This document shows positions 28,501 through 38,401 of a DNA stretch of 64,000 nucleotides, in pieces. Each line of letters begins with the position of its first letter. Position 1 is the first letter of the stretch. Under the pieces are notes generated by a model. That model had not been told where the DNA came from, made no database searches, and worked only from the letters and a program-made list of their open reading frames with translations. The stretch lies in NCBI GenBank assembly GCA_033763455.1, contig JANRKO010000023.1, positions 224,001 through 288,000 of the forward strand, given 5' to 3'. This DNA is from Polyangiaceae bacterium (lineage in GTDB: Bacteria; Myxococcota_A; Polyangia; Polyangiales; Polyangiaceae). Made by a program: the position numbers and the translations under genes.

Positions 28501-29418
28501 GTGACGCGCCGGTCGGCCTCCCTGCGAGCCTGGGCTTTCCCTCTTTTTGGATACTTGGGCCTCTGCTTTGCCGGAGCAACACACGCGGCACCACGAGCTC
28601 CACACACGACCCCCCAGGTGAGCAAGGCGCCAGCACCCACGCGCCCAGCGCAGCCGAAAGCCCGCTCACAGGTGGCAAAGAAAAAGACCGGTGCAGCGGT
28701 GAGCACGCCCCGCCCAGCTCGGCCCTCCGCCAAGAAGTCAAAGCCGAAAAAAGATCTGGGAAACAAGTTCCTAGCGATTCCTGAGCTCGACCTTGCCACT
28801 CGCGTGCCCGCCTACCGCTACGCCAACATGACCAACGAAGAAGTGGAGCGTGAGCTCAGCCTCCGTGGCATCCGCTACCACCAACCCACGCCCACGCCTT
28901 CCACGGTCAGATTTCCAATTCGCCTCGATGCACCGCTGCACGGCGTTACCATCCATTCAGCGCTGCCAGCCGAGGAACGAGCGGACACACCGTTTGAAAT
29001 ACTCGATGGGCGGCTAGCTCTCGCCTTGGACGACTTCTGCGAAATACTCGAACGGCATGACGTGGTGGAGGTTGTGCACTTCACCATGTACCGCCCGGCT
29101 CCTGAACAAGCAGCGACGGACGCGGAGGCAACACGGCATCCGGCAGGCCTCGCTATTGACGTTGGGGCACTACGAAAGCGAACGGGACATTGGCTAGCTG
29201 TGGGGCCAAGCTGGTCGGCCTCTATTGGTTCGCAGACCTGCGGAACAGGGGCTCGTGCGCTGGCCGACCGCAGCGGGCGCGAGATACTCAGCATTGTGTG
29301 CGAGGCGGCCGACCAGCAGATCTTCCACTACATGCTGACGCCGCACTTCAATGAGGCCCACCGAGACCATCTGCACCTGGAGATCAAACCCGGAGTAAAA
29401 TGGTTTCTCTACAATTAA
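28501..29418 (+). CDS. Extensin-like C-terminal domain protein (M15-like metallopeptidase fold)
   Basis: Signal peptide, Pro/Lys-rich linker, HPAGLAIDV, LTPHFNEAHRDHLHLE. Confidence 0.75.
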   Translation: MTRRSASLRAWAFPLFGYLGLCFAGATHAAPRAPHTTPQVSKAPAPTRPAQPKARSQVAKKKTGAAVSTPRPARPSAKKSKPKKDLGNKFLAIPELDLATRVPAYRYANMTNEEVERELSLRGIRYHQPTPTPSTVRFPIRLDAPLHGVTIHSALPAEERADTPFEILDGRLALALDDFCEILERHDVVEVVHFTMYRPAPEQAATDAEATRHPAGLAIDVGALRKRTGHWLAVGPSWSASIGSQTCGTGARALADRSGREILSIVCEAADQQIFHYMLTPHFNEAHRDHLHLEIKPGVKWFLYN

Positions 29419-29575
29419 CTCATCGCCACCCCCGCCTCTGCCCGATGCCCCCTACTTTTGCCCCGTACCGCGGTCGATTTTCCGAAGGATCCTGGGCGTG
29501 GTAGGTTTTGGGGAAACATCAGGCGTTGACCCCCACCGCCATAGTGCCTGAGAACCTCGTCTGACCGCTTAGCCG

Positions 29576-32386
29576 ATGCCCACTTTGAGCTCACATATCA
29601 TTCGACAGAAGCTCGCCTCCGTCCCCGACGTTGAAGAGGCTCTGGCGCGGCAGGTTCTCTACGGTGGAGACCTAGTAACCAACTTGCTAGAGCTCTCTCG
29701 CCTCAGCGAGCCGAAGCTGGTTGAGGTTCTTGCCCAAAATTTTGGTCTGGAAGCGGCTCCTCCGGGCGTTCTGCCAACTGCAATGCCTGAGGTAAAGAAG
29801 CTAATTGGTGGGGACGTGGCCCTGCGCTACAGCATCTTCCCGCTGCGCCTCGAAGATGGCCGGTTGGAGCTCGCGGTGTTCGAGCCGTTGCCCGCCGAAA
29901 TCGAACAAGATCTAGTTTTTTCGTTGGGTGTGCGCGTCGTGCAGCGAGTGGCACCGCTCGTACGCATTCGGCAGGCGATAGCGCGCGATTACGAGAAGCC
30001 TCTCGACAAACGCACCGCTCGTGTGGTCGCGCAGCTCGACGGCAGAAGCGATCCCCATCCGAGCCTGGCCCCTTCGCTCTCCCCCCCCGAAGGGCGCGGA
30101 ATCGGCCGGCTTGCGCGGCCCCAATCCGTGTTGCCACCGCCCGTCTCACCAGAAGTGCGCAACGTGCCGCCGCCCGTCATGCCAGAAGTACGAAAGCCCC
30201 TGCGCCCGCTTTCGGCTTCGGCCCCTGAGCAACGCACGGCGACCAAAACAAGCACCGTCGAAAGCGCAGCGCGAAGCACACCAGCTCGGCGCTCGAACCC
30301 GGCCCTCGTAAAGAGCATTGTTGCACCCGTGATCGCCCCAAGCCCCGTGGTGCGGCGCCGAGGTCCTTATACGGCCAGCATGGCCGAACAGGACCTTTTT
30401 TCCGCTGAATCTCGCGACCAGGTTCTCTTCGCACTCTTCGATTTCGCCTCACAGTACTTCGAATACACAGCGCTTTTTGTAGTGCACGGAGAAGTCGCTG
30501 AAGGGCGTTTAGCAAAAGGCCCAGGAGCCACCTCTGAACAGGTTCAGAAGCTGGGCATCCCGCTAGATTTGGAGAGCGCGCTTGCTTCGGCGTACACAGC
30601 CGGCAATTTCAAGCTAGTGGCGCTTGCGAACACAGGCGTAGATTCAACGTTCGCTCAAGATCTCGCCCGTCCAACTGGGCGGCGCGTGCTTTTCTTGCCG
30701 GTCACGGTAAGGTCGCGAACCGTACTCATTTTGTATGGAGATCACGGCCGCACCCACGTTAAGCTGAGCGACGTGGGTGATGTGCTCGGGCTCGGGGCAC
30801 TCGTTGGTGCCACCCTGGAGCGGCTAATCGTTACCAAGAAGGGTCACGGCAAAGATGGAAGCGCAGGAGCCAATTCACTGCCACCACTGCCCCGTCCAGG
30901 TTCACAATTTTCGCGCTTGCCGCGGAAGGAGCGAGCTGAAGCTCTGCTTTCCGCCCTCGGCAACCCTGCCGAAAACACGCAAGAAAAGTCCCACGAAAAG
31001 GCATTTGCTGAGGGCACGCGCCATTCAACTCTCCCTGGGTTGAGTGGGCCAAGCGTATCAGTGCTACCGCGCGCCATCGACGTAACCCCACCGATGGGCA
31101 CGCCCATTGTGGCATCCACTCCGCCTGGGGCGAGGCGCTCGTCCACACCGGCTCAAGGCAGTTCACAACCACAAGCAATCATCTCGGCATCGCCACCTCC
31201 ACCCACACATCCACCGCCCCCGCTGTCTGCAAACGCTCCTTCGCCACCGCAGGCTCCTCCACCGCCCCCCAGCCGGCCCAACGTCGAGTTTTCGGAGCCG
31301 CTCCCCATTCCGCTAACGCGAAGCAAGCTCCCTCAAACTTCCAGCGAACCTCCAGAGTCTGGGTGGGACGTGAGCGGTGCAGCCCCAGCAGGTACACAAC
31401 ATCTGGAAGTTATTGCCGAATCCGAACGCGGCACACCAGCCTCTCGCTCGGTGTCCGTTGCCGCGCTGCAGCCCCGCCCGGCACGGAAGTCTGATTCCCA
31501 CCATCTGCCCACCGTTATTGTTGATCTCGCGAGCAACTGCCAAAAGCTCGTCGCCGAACTCATCGTTGGGGACACAGATGCCGCCTCCCAGTTGCTTCAG
31601 ATCGGAGGTCCCGCGGCTGCGGCCCTTGCGGCTAAGCTTCCGGGCCCCCTGCAGTTGGATTATAAAAACGGCTTGGGTGAGGTTCAGATCCGCGCCACTC
31701 AGTGCGGCCCACTCCTCAGAACGTTGGGCAAGTTAGGGATGCAGGCTGCCCCTTTTGTTGCCCTTCGCACCGTGGACGAAGACCCGAGCGTGCGGGCTTG
31801 GGCTACTCACCTCTTGGCAGAAATGCCGGGCGAGGAAGCAGCCCGCGCGATCGTGAAGCGCCTGTTTGACGACGACCCGGAGGTGCGAAAGGTAGCAATT
31901 TCAGCGGGTCGTTCCATGCAGTCGAATTCCGGAGCCCGCCTCTGCTTTCTAGAGCAGCTCGCCGCCTACTGTTCCAACTTGGCCTCGCCACCCACCGTTC
32001 GAATCGCTGCTATCGAGGCCATGGAATCTCTGCGCGAACCGCAAGGAGTACCCACGCTTATCGCACTCCTCGAAGAGGAAGGCGAGGTAATCTCCCGATC
32101 AGCACACCAGGCTCTCATCACGTTAACCCGGGAGGATTTAGGCACAGCGCCCGCGCCCTGGAAAACCTGGTGGAACGAAAATCGCACACGGCATCGAATA
32201 GAATGGTTGATCGAAGCCCTCATGAGCGAATCAAGCAACCTTCGAAGTGCAGCTTCGGAGGAACTAAAGAGCCTCACTAAAGAATACTTCGGCTACTACG
32301 AAGACCTGCCAAAACGGGAGCGCGCTCGCGCTCAGCAACGCTATCGTGAGTGGTGGGAGAGTCGCGGCAAAGCACGCTTCGACTGA
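29576..32386 (+). CDS. T2SSE_N (GspE N-terminal) + GAF-like + Pro-rich linker + HEAT-repeat protein (FrgA-like)
   Basis: EEALARQVLYGG...YSIFPL...LELAV; C-terminal DEDPSVR/DDDPEVR HEAT repeats; WKTWW. Confidence 0.7.
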   Translation: MPTLSSHIIRQKLASVPDVEEALARQVLYGGDLVTNLLELSRLSEPKLVEVLAQNFGLEAAPPGVLPTAMPEVKKLIGGDVALRYSIFPLRLEDGRLELAVFEPLPAEIEQDLVFSLGVRVVQRVAPLVRIRQAIARDYEKPLDKRTARVVAQLDGRSDPHPSLAPSLSPPEGRGIGRLARPQSVLPPPVSPEVRNVPPPVMPEVRKPLRPLSASAPEQRTATKTSTVESAARSTPARRSNPALVKSIVAPVIAPSPVVRRRGPYTASMAEQDLFSAESRDQVLFALFDFASQYFEYTALFVVHGEVAEGRLAKGPGATSEQVQKLGIPLDLESALASAYTAGNFKLVALANTGVDSTFAQDLARPTGRRVLFLPVTVRSRTVLILYGDHGRTHVKLSDVGDVLGLGALVGATLERLIVTKKGHGKDGSAGANSLPPLPRPGSQFSRLPRKERAEALLSALGNPAENTQEKSHEKAFAEGTRHSTLPGLSGPSVSVLPRAIDVTPPMGTPIVASTPPGARRSSTPAQGSSQPQAIISASPPPPTHPPPPLSANAPSPPQAPPPPPSRPNVEFSEPLPIPLTRSKLPQTSSEPPESGWDVSGAAPAGTQHLEVIAESERGTPASRSVSVAALQPRPARKSDSHHLPTVIVDLASNCQKLVAELIVGDTDAASQLLQIGGPAAAALAAKLPGPLQLDYKNGLGEVQIRATQCGPLLRTLGKLGMQAAPFVALRTVDEDPSVRAWATHLLAEMPGEEAARAIVKRLFDDDPEVRKVAISAGRSMQSNSGARLCFLEQLAAYCSNLASPPTVRIAAIEAMESLREPQGVPTLIALLEEEGEVISRSAHQALITLTREDLGTAPAPWKTWWNENRTRHRIEWLIEALMSESSNLRSAASEELKSLTKEYFGYYEDLPKRERARAQQRYREWWESRGKARFD

Positions 32387-32459
32387 GCCTGCTACGCGCA
32401 AAAGTGTGGGCCAATGCCCCCTGGACAGCCGTCCTTGGGCCATGCGATGACTGGGCCGG

Positions 32460-32660
32460 ATGGCAGAGCCGGAGTCAGTCGATGCTGCGTTGCGCGAGGC
32501 GAACCAAGCGCTATCGGGCCGGCGTTTGAACGAAGCCAGTCGCTTTGCCTCGATCGAACTTCGTGCCAAAGACCCGCAGAACCGCGGTTGGGTGGCACTA
32601 GCGGTCGTGTGCGTGGCTCTATTGGCTTTGTCACTCGTGCTCGGCGCTTGGTTCCTCTAG
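32460..32660 (+). CDS. Possible small membrane-anchored protein (66 aa)
   Basis: Fills a same-strand gap; one C-terminal TM helix. Confidence 0.4.
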   Translation: MAEPESVDAALREANQALSGRRLNEASRFASIELRAKDPQNRGWVALAVVCVALLALSLVLGAWFL

Positions 32661-32790
32661 CGAACCAAGCGGTGTGGCTTGTGTGGGGGTGAGGCTGACC
32701 ACAGAACCACCCCTCCCACCTATTTTCATCCCGTGAAATCAGGCGCCATCGAGGGCTCAAATAAGTGCGGCCCGAGCCGTTGATCACCTC

Positions 32791-34149
32791 ATGCCGAGGC
32801 GTCTTCTTTCGTTGATGTTTTTCGCCATGTCGTGGCTCGGGCTCAGTCGAGCCTATGGGGCAGCGGAGCTGCGCGCGGACGCGCTTGGTGTGGTTCGAAC
32901 CGGGCCTTTACCTGGCACGTTTCAGGTGGCTCCCGGAGTTAACCTAAACCTTGGCAGCAACACGGTAGCTAGGGTGTTCACACATCCCCAAGATTTGCCC
33001 CTGCTTCGGGGGCCCCTCACCAAGACATGGACCGTGATTGCCAACGCAGGCCGAGTGGACGTGGAGATCGCCAAAGGGCAACGCCGTGCGGTAATGATTC
33101 ACGATGCCCTCCGCCGGGGAGGTATCTGCATGGGTGGGCGCTTGGTGATTGGCACCAGGGAAGGCCGTACGTCAGCGGCCAACATCGATGGCACGTCCGT
33201 AGCGATCTCGGAAGGGCGGATCTCGGATCTACCCGAAGGCACGGTCGTAGATTACTCTGATGGCGACGCAGCACCGGCGCGGCGCGTATTGGAACGTGCG
33301 AAAACCCCGACCTTTCAGAGCAAACTGTGGTTAGCCCCGGGAGGCACCGCCAAGATATCTGGCATTTCGGTAGCCAAAGTTGCTGGGGCCACGCACTACG
33401 AGTTGACCATACGCCCTATCGAAACTCCAGGCGAACCGCTGCGCGTAGAGACCGATGACCCTGCGCTCGGTTTCTTCTTCGAGTTGCCGCCTGGCGTTTA
33501 TGCCGCCAGCCTGCGAACGGTAAGCGCACTGGGGATCCCCTCTGGCGCGTCGCCGGAGGCGTCAATTCGAGTAATTGGGGTGACGCTCCCCAGAAACGCA
33601 AAGGTCGATGCGCTCGGTAGAATCCACTTGGCGGATTCAGAAACCGTGCAGTTCACCCATGCGGAAGGACTGCAGATAACCGCGACCGGGCTGAAGCGCT
33701 CACGTGCTGCTTCGGTACCCATCGGACTTTCCAACCACCAACGCACCGCAGTTCTCTTGCACAAGCCGGGCTCACTCGATTCGGCCTTAGCTTTGCTTAT
33801 CCCCACCAAGCTAAGCGCCGAGGTATTCGCGGGGCCGAAACTCGCCACTTGGCCTGCTGATCCTATTCAAATCGAAATTCAGCTCCGCGGTGACGCGGAA
33901 CGGCCGGCTCTGAGCTCCCTGATCTCCACCGTCACCCTAGGTCGACAGCCCATCCAAGTAGCCTGGCGCCAAGTGGGCGACCGGCTGATCGGGACTGTTT
34001 CCCCACAAGAACTGACTCAGCCTGATGTCTTACGCGTTCAGGTTACCGACGAGCGCGGCGTGCCGCTCGGTCGAGATTTTGTGGAACTTATTGCCACCCC
34101 ACGCCCAAAACGCGGAAACTCCCCCCCGCTCAGCGTCGCGGTGCGCTGA
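32791..34149 (+). CDS. Secreted beta-rich hypothetical protein
   Basis: Signal peptide ending AYG; long ORF; no clear family. Confidence 0.55.
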   Translation: MPRRLLSLMFFAMSWLGLSRAYGAAELRADALGVVRTGPLPGTFQVAPGVNLNLGSNTVARVFTHPQDLPLLRGPLTKTWTVIANAGRVDVEIAKGQRRAVMIHDALRRGGICMGGRLVIGTREGRTSAANIDGTSVAISEGRISDLPEGTVVDYSDGDAAPARRVLERAKTPTFQSKLWLAPGGTAKISGISVAKVAGATHYELTIRPIETPGEPLRVETDDPALGFFFELPPGVYAASLRTVSALGIPSGASPEASIRVIGVTLPRNAKVDALGRIHLADSETVQFTHAEGLQITATGLKRSRAASVPIGLSNHQRTAVLLHKPGSLDSALALLIPTKLSAEVFAGPKLATWPADPIQIEIQLRGDAERPALSSLISTVTLGRQPIQVAWRQVGDRLIGTVSPQELTQPDVLRVQVTDERGVPLGRDFVELIATPRPKRGNSPPLSVAVR

Positions 34150-34150
34150 T

Positions 34151-34669
34151 TTATTGCCCCTTCTTGCCTTTGGCGCCGGCCTCAGGCTCCTGCTTTCGCA
34201 GATCCACTTCCCAACTCACCGTGTGTTCGTCACCGACGAACGCCGGCACGATCACGGCGGACAACGCGCGCAATACGCATTTACCGACGGGTGTTTCGGC
34301 GTATGGCGGATCGATCGTCGCAGTTTTGGCGTGCCCTGCGTTTGCAAAAATCAGCGTTACTTTGGCGACCCCGCGTTCGACCTTAGCTTGCTCTTCAACG
34401 GGGAGAGCTTCGGGGCACGTTTGTGCGGAACGAGTGGCACGCTTCAGCTCCAGCTCGGCGTGAGATTGGTCCCACTTGGCGTTCTCCTCCGTGTCCGTCT
34501 CCTCGTCGGCATCCATGCGGTCGTCCCCGCGAGCCGCTTTGGCTTTCGCTTGTTCGTCCGCGAGGCGCTCCTGTTCGGCTACGTACTCATCCGGCGTACG
34601 AATGCCCGACTCCTGAGCAGCACACGCCATAAAACCAAGACCCAAGATCAATAATGCTGAGCGACGCAT
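34151..34669 (-). CDS. Lipoprotein with AgmX/PglI-C (TonB-C-like) domain
   Basis: Lipobox FMAC; VTLIFANAGH...VGKCVLRAL...VPAFVG. Confidence 0.6.
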   Translation of the reverse strand: MRRSALLILGLGFMACAAQESGIRTPDEYVAEQERLADEQAKAKAARGDDRMDADEETDTEENAKWDQSHAELELKRATRSAQTCPEALPVEEQAKVERGVAKVTLIFANAGHAKTATIDPPYAETPVGKCVLRALSAVIVPAFVGDEHTVSWEVDLRKQEPEAGAKGKKGQ

Positions 34670-34741
34670 GGGCGGGATACTAGCCTGGACGACCCGCGGA
34701 TTGAAGCCGGTTCTTGAGCCACTGCTAGCAACAAGCTGGCT

Positions 34742-36106
34742 TCAAAGATCCGTGATCAGATAATCTTTGATTTTATAGAGCAGCGCCCGATGGCTGATTT
34801 CCAGCACTTCGGCCGCGCGGGTACGGTTCCCCCGGGTCTTCTGGAGAGCCCGACGGATCAGGATCTCCTCCACAATCCGCATGGTCCGCTTAACGCTGAG
34901 CTCGCCGCTCTGTAGGTGGACTTGGACCGGGTCCCGGGCCTCGCGGATGCGCTCAGGCAAGTCCGTCGCAAAAATGCGATCTGACTCCGCCAATACCATC
35001 GCTCGCTCAATCGTATTTTCGAGTTCGCGCACATTGCCTGGCCACGAGTATTCGTAGAGCAACCGGCGAGTCTCCGTGTCGAGCCCTTGCACATTGGTCC
35101 CAAGCCGTTTGTTGTTGCGGGCTACAAAATGATTGATGAGGAGCGGAATGTCCTCACGCCGATCGCGTAGCGGCGGCACCAGGATTGGCAACACGTTGAG
35201 GCGATAGAAGAGGTCTTCTCGAAAGCGACCCGCCTTGGCCTCCAGCTGCAAATCTCGATGCGTGGCCGCAATGATGCGCACGTCCACTTGAAGGTCGCGC
35301 GTTTCCCCCACCCTGCGGATTTTTTCGTCCTCTAGCACGCGCAGCAACTTCACCTGCAACGCTAAGGGCAGTTCGCCAATTTCATCCAGAAATAACGTGC
35401 CCTTATCCGCTTCTTCGAACAGGCCCCGGCGATCCGAAATAGCGTCGGTGAAAGAGCCGCGCTTGTGCCCAAAAAGCTCACTTTCCAGCAAATTTTCGGG
35501 GATGGCGCCGCAATTTACCACCACGAAAGGCTCAGCGCGTCGACTGCTCTGCCGATGGACCGCCCGAGCCACAAGTTCTTTACCAACGCCGCTCTCCCCG
35601 TTGATGAGGACGGTAGTCTTGTAATCGGCGATCTTGGCAATGGTGCGGAAGATGGTCTGCATGCTCGGGCTCTTGGCCACGAAATCTTCGAACTTGTGCT
35701 CCTTTAGCACTTCATCCTTCAGTGCTCTGTTCTCACGGCGCAGCTGCTCGCGTTCCTCCGCCTTCAACAACGTGAGCACCACTTCGTCTTGCCGGAAGGG
35801 CTTCTGAATGTAGTCGTAAGCGCCGGCCTTCATGGCTTCGATCGCGAGATCGGTGTTGCCGTAGGCACTCATCACGATAACAGTGGCCTCATTTCCCTTG
35901 GCGCGTAGTGTGGAAAGCAGATCTAGGCCGCCCATTTTAGGCATCCGGACGTCGGTTAATACGAAGTCAGGGCCAAAGCTCTCCACCAAGCTGAGCGCCT
36001 CTTCACCACTTGCGGCCGTCTCGACCTGGTAACCTTGGCGGGTGAGCAACGTACGCAGGACAAGCCTGAGGTTCTCTTCGTCATCAACTACAAGGATTCG
36101 CTTCAC
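34742..36106 (-). CDS. Sigma54-dependent response regulator (NtrC family)
   Basis: REC (VVDDE, DVRMP), GESGVGKE, ESELFGH, GSFTDA, WPGNVRELEN, Fis HTH. Confidence 0.96.
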   Translation of the reverse strand: MKRILVVDDEENLRLVLRTLLTRQGYQVETAASGEEALSLVESFGPDFVLTDVRMPKMGGLDLLSTLRAKGNEATVIVMSAYGNTDLAIEAMKAGAYDYIQKPFRQDEVVLTLLKAEEREQLRRENRALKDEVLKEHKFEDFVAKSPSMQTIFRTIAKIADYKTTVLINGESGVGKELVARAVHRQSSRRAEPFVVVNCGAIPENLLESELFGHKRGSFTDAISDRRGLFEEADKGTLFLDEIGELPLALQVKLLRVLEDEKIRRVGETRDLQVDVRIIAATHRDLQLEAKAGRFREDLFYRLNVLPILVPPLRDRREDIPLLINHFVARNNKRLGTNVQGLDTETRRLLYEYSWPGNVRELENTIERAMVLAESDRIFATDLPERIREARDPVQVHLQSGELSVKRTMRIVEEILIRRALQKTRGNRTRAAEVLEISHRALLYKIKDYLITDL

Positions 36107-36228
36107 TACGCAAAAAGGTTAGGCGCCATGGTCAAGGTGCGCAAGAAGTACGCACCCAGCGGGTGGCGGCGGGGTGCGCGAAGTTCGGGATTCCTGCAGG
36201 CGCTCCTTCCTGATAGGCCTACAAAACT

Positions 36229-37443
36229 ATGCTTTGTGGATTAGACCAGTTGTTTTCGGGAGAGCTCGGAGCGGTGCGCAAACGGTTGCGGGGCGCCCGC
36301 GTGGGGCTTGTCACTCACGCGGCGGCCGTAGATAGAAGCGGGCGCGACGCCATCGCCACCTTGGAGGAATTGGGCGCAGGGCCCGCGATCGTGTTCACGC
36401 CTGAGCACGGTTTTTTCCCAAAACATCAGGCGCAGGAAGCCGTACCGGCAGGTCCACCGGCTGCTGAAGCGGCGCGCTTTGTCAGCCTGTACGGCACTAC
36501 CAAAGATTCTCTCAGCCCGAACCCGAGTGATCTCGAGGGGCTCGATTTGCTGGTGATCGATCTGTGTGATGTTGGCAGCCGCTACTACACGTATGTGTGG
36601 ACGGCGTTGCTTGCCGCACGCGCGGCCGTGGCGCTGGGTATCCACACGCTGATTTTGGATCGCCCCAATCCCATCAGTGGGGCAGCACCCATTGTCGAAG
36701 GCAAAGCGCAGCAAGCGGAATTTTTGTCGTTCGTGGGCCTAGAGCCACTGCCCATCCGGCACGGCCTAACGCTCGGTGAGCTTTTGTGTCTGTACCTTGA
36801 GCGCGACGGTGTTGCACTCGGCCCAGAAGGAGCCGTTTCCGTGGTACCCGTGCGTGGCTGGGAGCGCCATCAAACGGCGAGTGCTTGGAACCGCCCATTT
36901 TCGCCGCCTTCGCCGAACATGCCGACTGTGGAAACGGCTCTTGTTTACCCTGGCGCTTGCCTACTTGAGGGCACCAATCTCTCCGAAGGGCGTGGCACAA
37001 CCTTGCCGTTTCAGATGGTGGGCGCGCCTTTCCTCGACGCCAAAAAGCTTGCCACCGAACTGCGTGAGCTTGGCACCCCGGGCGCCCAAGTCCGGCCCAT
37101 TCAATTCCAACCAACCTTTGATAAACACGCCGGGAAAGTGTGCCAGGGGGTGCTCGTTCAGGTAACCAATTGGCGCCTGTTCCGCCCTGTAGCCTGTTAC
37201 CTTTCGCTCATAGCGTTGGCCAAAGGCCATGCGCCGGACGACTTCCAGTTCTCAACTGGAGCGTATGAGTTCGAAACGGATCGCCCCGCATTCGATCTGC
37301 TCACTGGGTCGGATGTGGTGCGAAGGGCGTTGCTTGACAACGCCACACCTGCGGACCTGCAGGATCTGCTCTGCCCTGTGGATCCTGGATGGGCTGAAAC
37401 GATGCTCGAGGCCGAGAGCCGCGTAGAAAAGGCGCGTGCATAG
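36229..37443 (+). CDS. namZ: Exo-beta-N-acetylmuramidase NamZ (DUF1343)
   Basis: PEHG, VSLYG, DVGSRYYTY, LDRPNPI, RHGLTLGE, PSPNMPT, SEGRGTTLPF. Confidence 0.88.
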   Translation: MLCGLDQLFSGELGAVRKRLRGARVGLVTHAAAVDRSGRDAIATLEELGAGPAIVFTPEHGFFPKHQAQEAVPAGPPAAEAARFVSLYGTTKDSLSPNPSDLEGLDLLVIDLCDVGSRYYTYVWTALLAARAAVALGIHTLILDRPNPISGAAPIVEGKAQQAEFLSFVGLEPLPIRHGLTLGELLCLYLERDGVALGPEGAVSVVPVRGWERHQTASAWNRPFSPPSPNMPTVETALVYPGACLLEGTNLSEGRGTTLPFQMVGAPFLDAKKLATELRELGTPGAQVRPIQFQPTFDKHAGKVCQGVLVQVTNWRLFRPVACYLSLIALAKGHAPDDFQFSTGAYEFETDRPAFDLLTGSDVVRRALLDNATPADLQDLLCPVDPGWAETMLEAESRVEKARA

Positions 37444-37444
37444 G

Positions 37445-38401
37445 ATGTCGTTTAGGGCACGCATGCAAGTTCCGGATCTGGGCGTGGGCGTGGGCTTGCG
37501 CGTGCCCCACTATGCGGAGATCCTCAAACACCGACCGCGCGTGGATTTCTTCGAAATCATCAGCGAAAATTTCATGGGGGCCGGCGGCAAGCCACGCTTC
37601 CACTTAGAGCAAGTGCTGGAGACATACCGCGTAATTCAGCACGGTGTGTCTCTGAGCATCGGTGGCCCAGATGAGCCCGATCGCGATTACCTTCAACAAC
37701 TAAAAGAGCTCGTACGCAAGGTGAAGCCAGCGTGGCTAAGCGATCACTTCTGCTGGTGCGATGCCGGCGGGGCGCATCTGCATGATCTTTTGCCGCTTCC
37801 CTATACCGATGCCGCTGTCCGTCGCGTAGCCCGGCGTGCGAAGATGGTTCAGGATTTCTTGGAAGTGCCTTTTGCCCTGGAAAATACCTCAAGCTACCTC
37901 ACCTACACGGCCAGTGGGATGAGTGAATGGCAGTTCGTATCAGAGGTGGTGGAGCGCGCTGATATTGGGCTCATGTTCGACGTCAACAACGTCTATGTGT
38001 CGGCGTTCAACCACGGCTTCGATGCGTTCGAATTTGTGCGCCAGGTGCCGCACGATCGCATCGTGCAGATCCACCTTGCGGGCCACACACGCCTCGAAAC
38101 GCACATCATTGATACTCACAATGGGCACGCTATCGAAGAAGTGCTCGATTTATACCGAGAAACGATCCGCCTGGCGGGGCCCGTCTCCACGCTGATTGAG
38201 TGGGACGACGACATCCCGGAGCTCAGGGTGTTGCTCGCTGAAGCTGAGAGGGCTCGCGCGGTGCGCGAACAAGGGCTCGCCCAAAGAGCTGGAACCGCTG
38301 CGCTCACGCCGATGCACGCGCCCACCCAGGCTCACATCGATCACCAAACCGGTCCGTGGCGGCAAGGGGGCCCTCGAGAATCCGCGGGGCAAGAGCTGTG
38401 A
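37445..38401 (+). CDS. MNIO family (DUF692) multinuclear iron-dependent oxidative enzyme
   Basis: GVGLR, EIISENF, HGVSLSIG, SDHFCW, LLPLPY, LEN, DVNNVYV, QIHLAGH, IDTH, LIEWD. Confidence 0.93.
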   Translation: MSFRARMQVPDLGVGVGLRVPHYAEILKHRPRVDFFEIISENFMGAGGKPRFHLEQVLETYRVIQHGVSLSIGGPDEPDRDYLQQLKELVRKVKPAWLSDHFCWCDAGGAHLHDLLPLPYTDAAVRRVARRAKMVQDFLEVPFALENTSSYLTYTASGMSEWQFVSEVVERADIGLMFDVNNVYVSAFNHGFDAFEFVRQVPHDRIVQIHLAGHTRLETHIIDTHNGHAIEEVLDLYRETIRLAGPVSTLIEWDDDIPELRVLLAEAERARAVREQGLAQRAGTAALTPMHAPTQAHIDHQTGPWRQGGPRESAGQEL

